Below are positions 23,934 to 24,000 of a stretch of 24,000 bases of DNA, piece by piece. A program made the translations under genes and the position numbers. Every line of letters begins with the position of its first letter. Position 1 is the stretch's first letter. The notes under the pieces are model-generated. The model ran no database searches. It saw only the letters and a list, made by a program, of their open reading frames with translations, and was not told the origin of the DNA. Source of the DNA: Kribbellaceae bacterium (GTDB taxonomy: Bacteria; Actinomycetota; Actinomycetes; Propionibacteriales; Kribbellaceae); NCBI GenBank assembly GCA_035650275.1, contig DASRHY010000205.1, positions 2,666-26,665 on the forward strand, in the 5' to 3' direction.

Positions 23934-24000
23934 GTGCGCCTTCGGGTACTTCGGTCGCTGTCTGATAGGGCATCCCTCCGAGATCCCGGCCTTCACAGGC

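Noticed and set aside
1-24000. Looked for mobile elements, CRISPR arrays, integrases, phage genes or a recognisable defence island. I also asked whether the VIT-vWA protein, the TA remnants and the ABC system together form a novel defence system.
   Set aside because: There are no transposase or integrase-like ORFs, no terminal inverted repeats flanking a gene block and no spaced direct-repeat arrays. The vWA gene is separated from the TA remnants by about 18 kb of housekeeping genes. The evidence does not support a coherent new system in this window.

Overview
This is a very GC-rich, actinobacterial-type chromosomal segment with a strong G/C preference at codon third positions. It is densely coding and mostly ordinary core or metabolic genes. 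From left to right on the + strand unless noted:
- a 5'-partial VIT+vWA protein
- a bona fide ACC deaminase (acdS)
- a PadR-regulated ABC ATPase and FtsX-permease operon, with a readable promoter and operator
- about 1 kb of apparent gene remnants
- a co-directional run cydD-cydC-cydA-cydB, GMC oxidoreductase, divergent zwf paralog and GH15 trehalase/glucoamylase-like hydrolase
- a CPA2 cation:proton antiporter (-)
- a small accessory patch: an internally deleted hicA remnant plus intact hicB, placed 4 nt upstream of psuG
- an MFS transporter (-)
- a vapC C-terminal remnant
- cspA with a long leader and a strong bidirectional terminator
- a small hypothetical gene (-)

I found no rRNA, tRNA, CRISPR array, transposase or integrase. 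I also see no convincing new multi-gene system. The observations most worth follow-up are the decayed toxin-antitoxin loci, the unusual cydDC-before-cydAB order with appended sugar-oxidation genes, a zwf paralog lacking a conserved substrate-binding lysine, two strongly coding-looking small ORFs below the ORF-track cutoff, and the palindromic operators. All homology calls rest on recognising motifs by eye. No searches were run.
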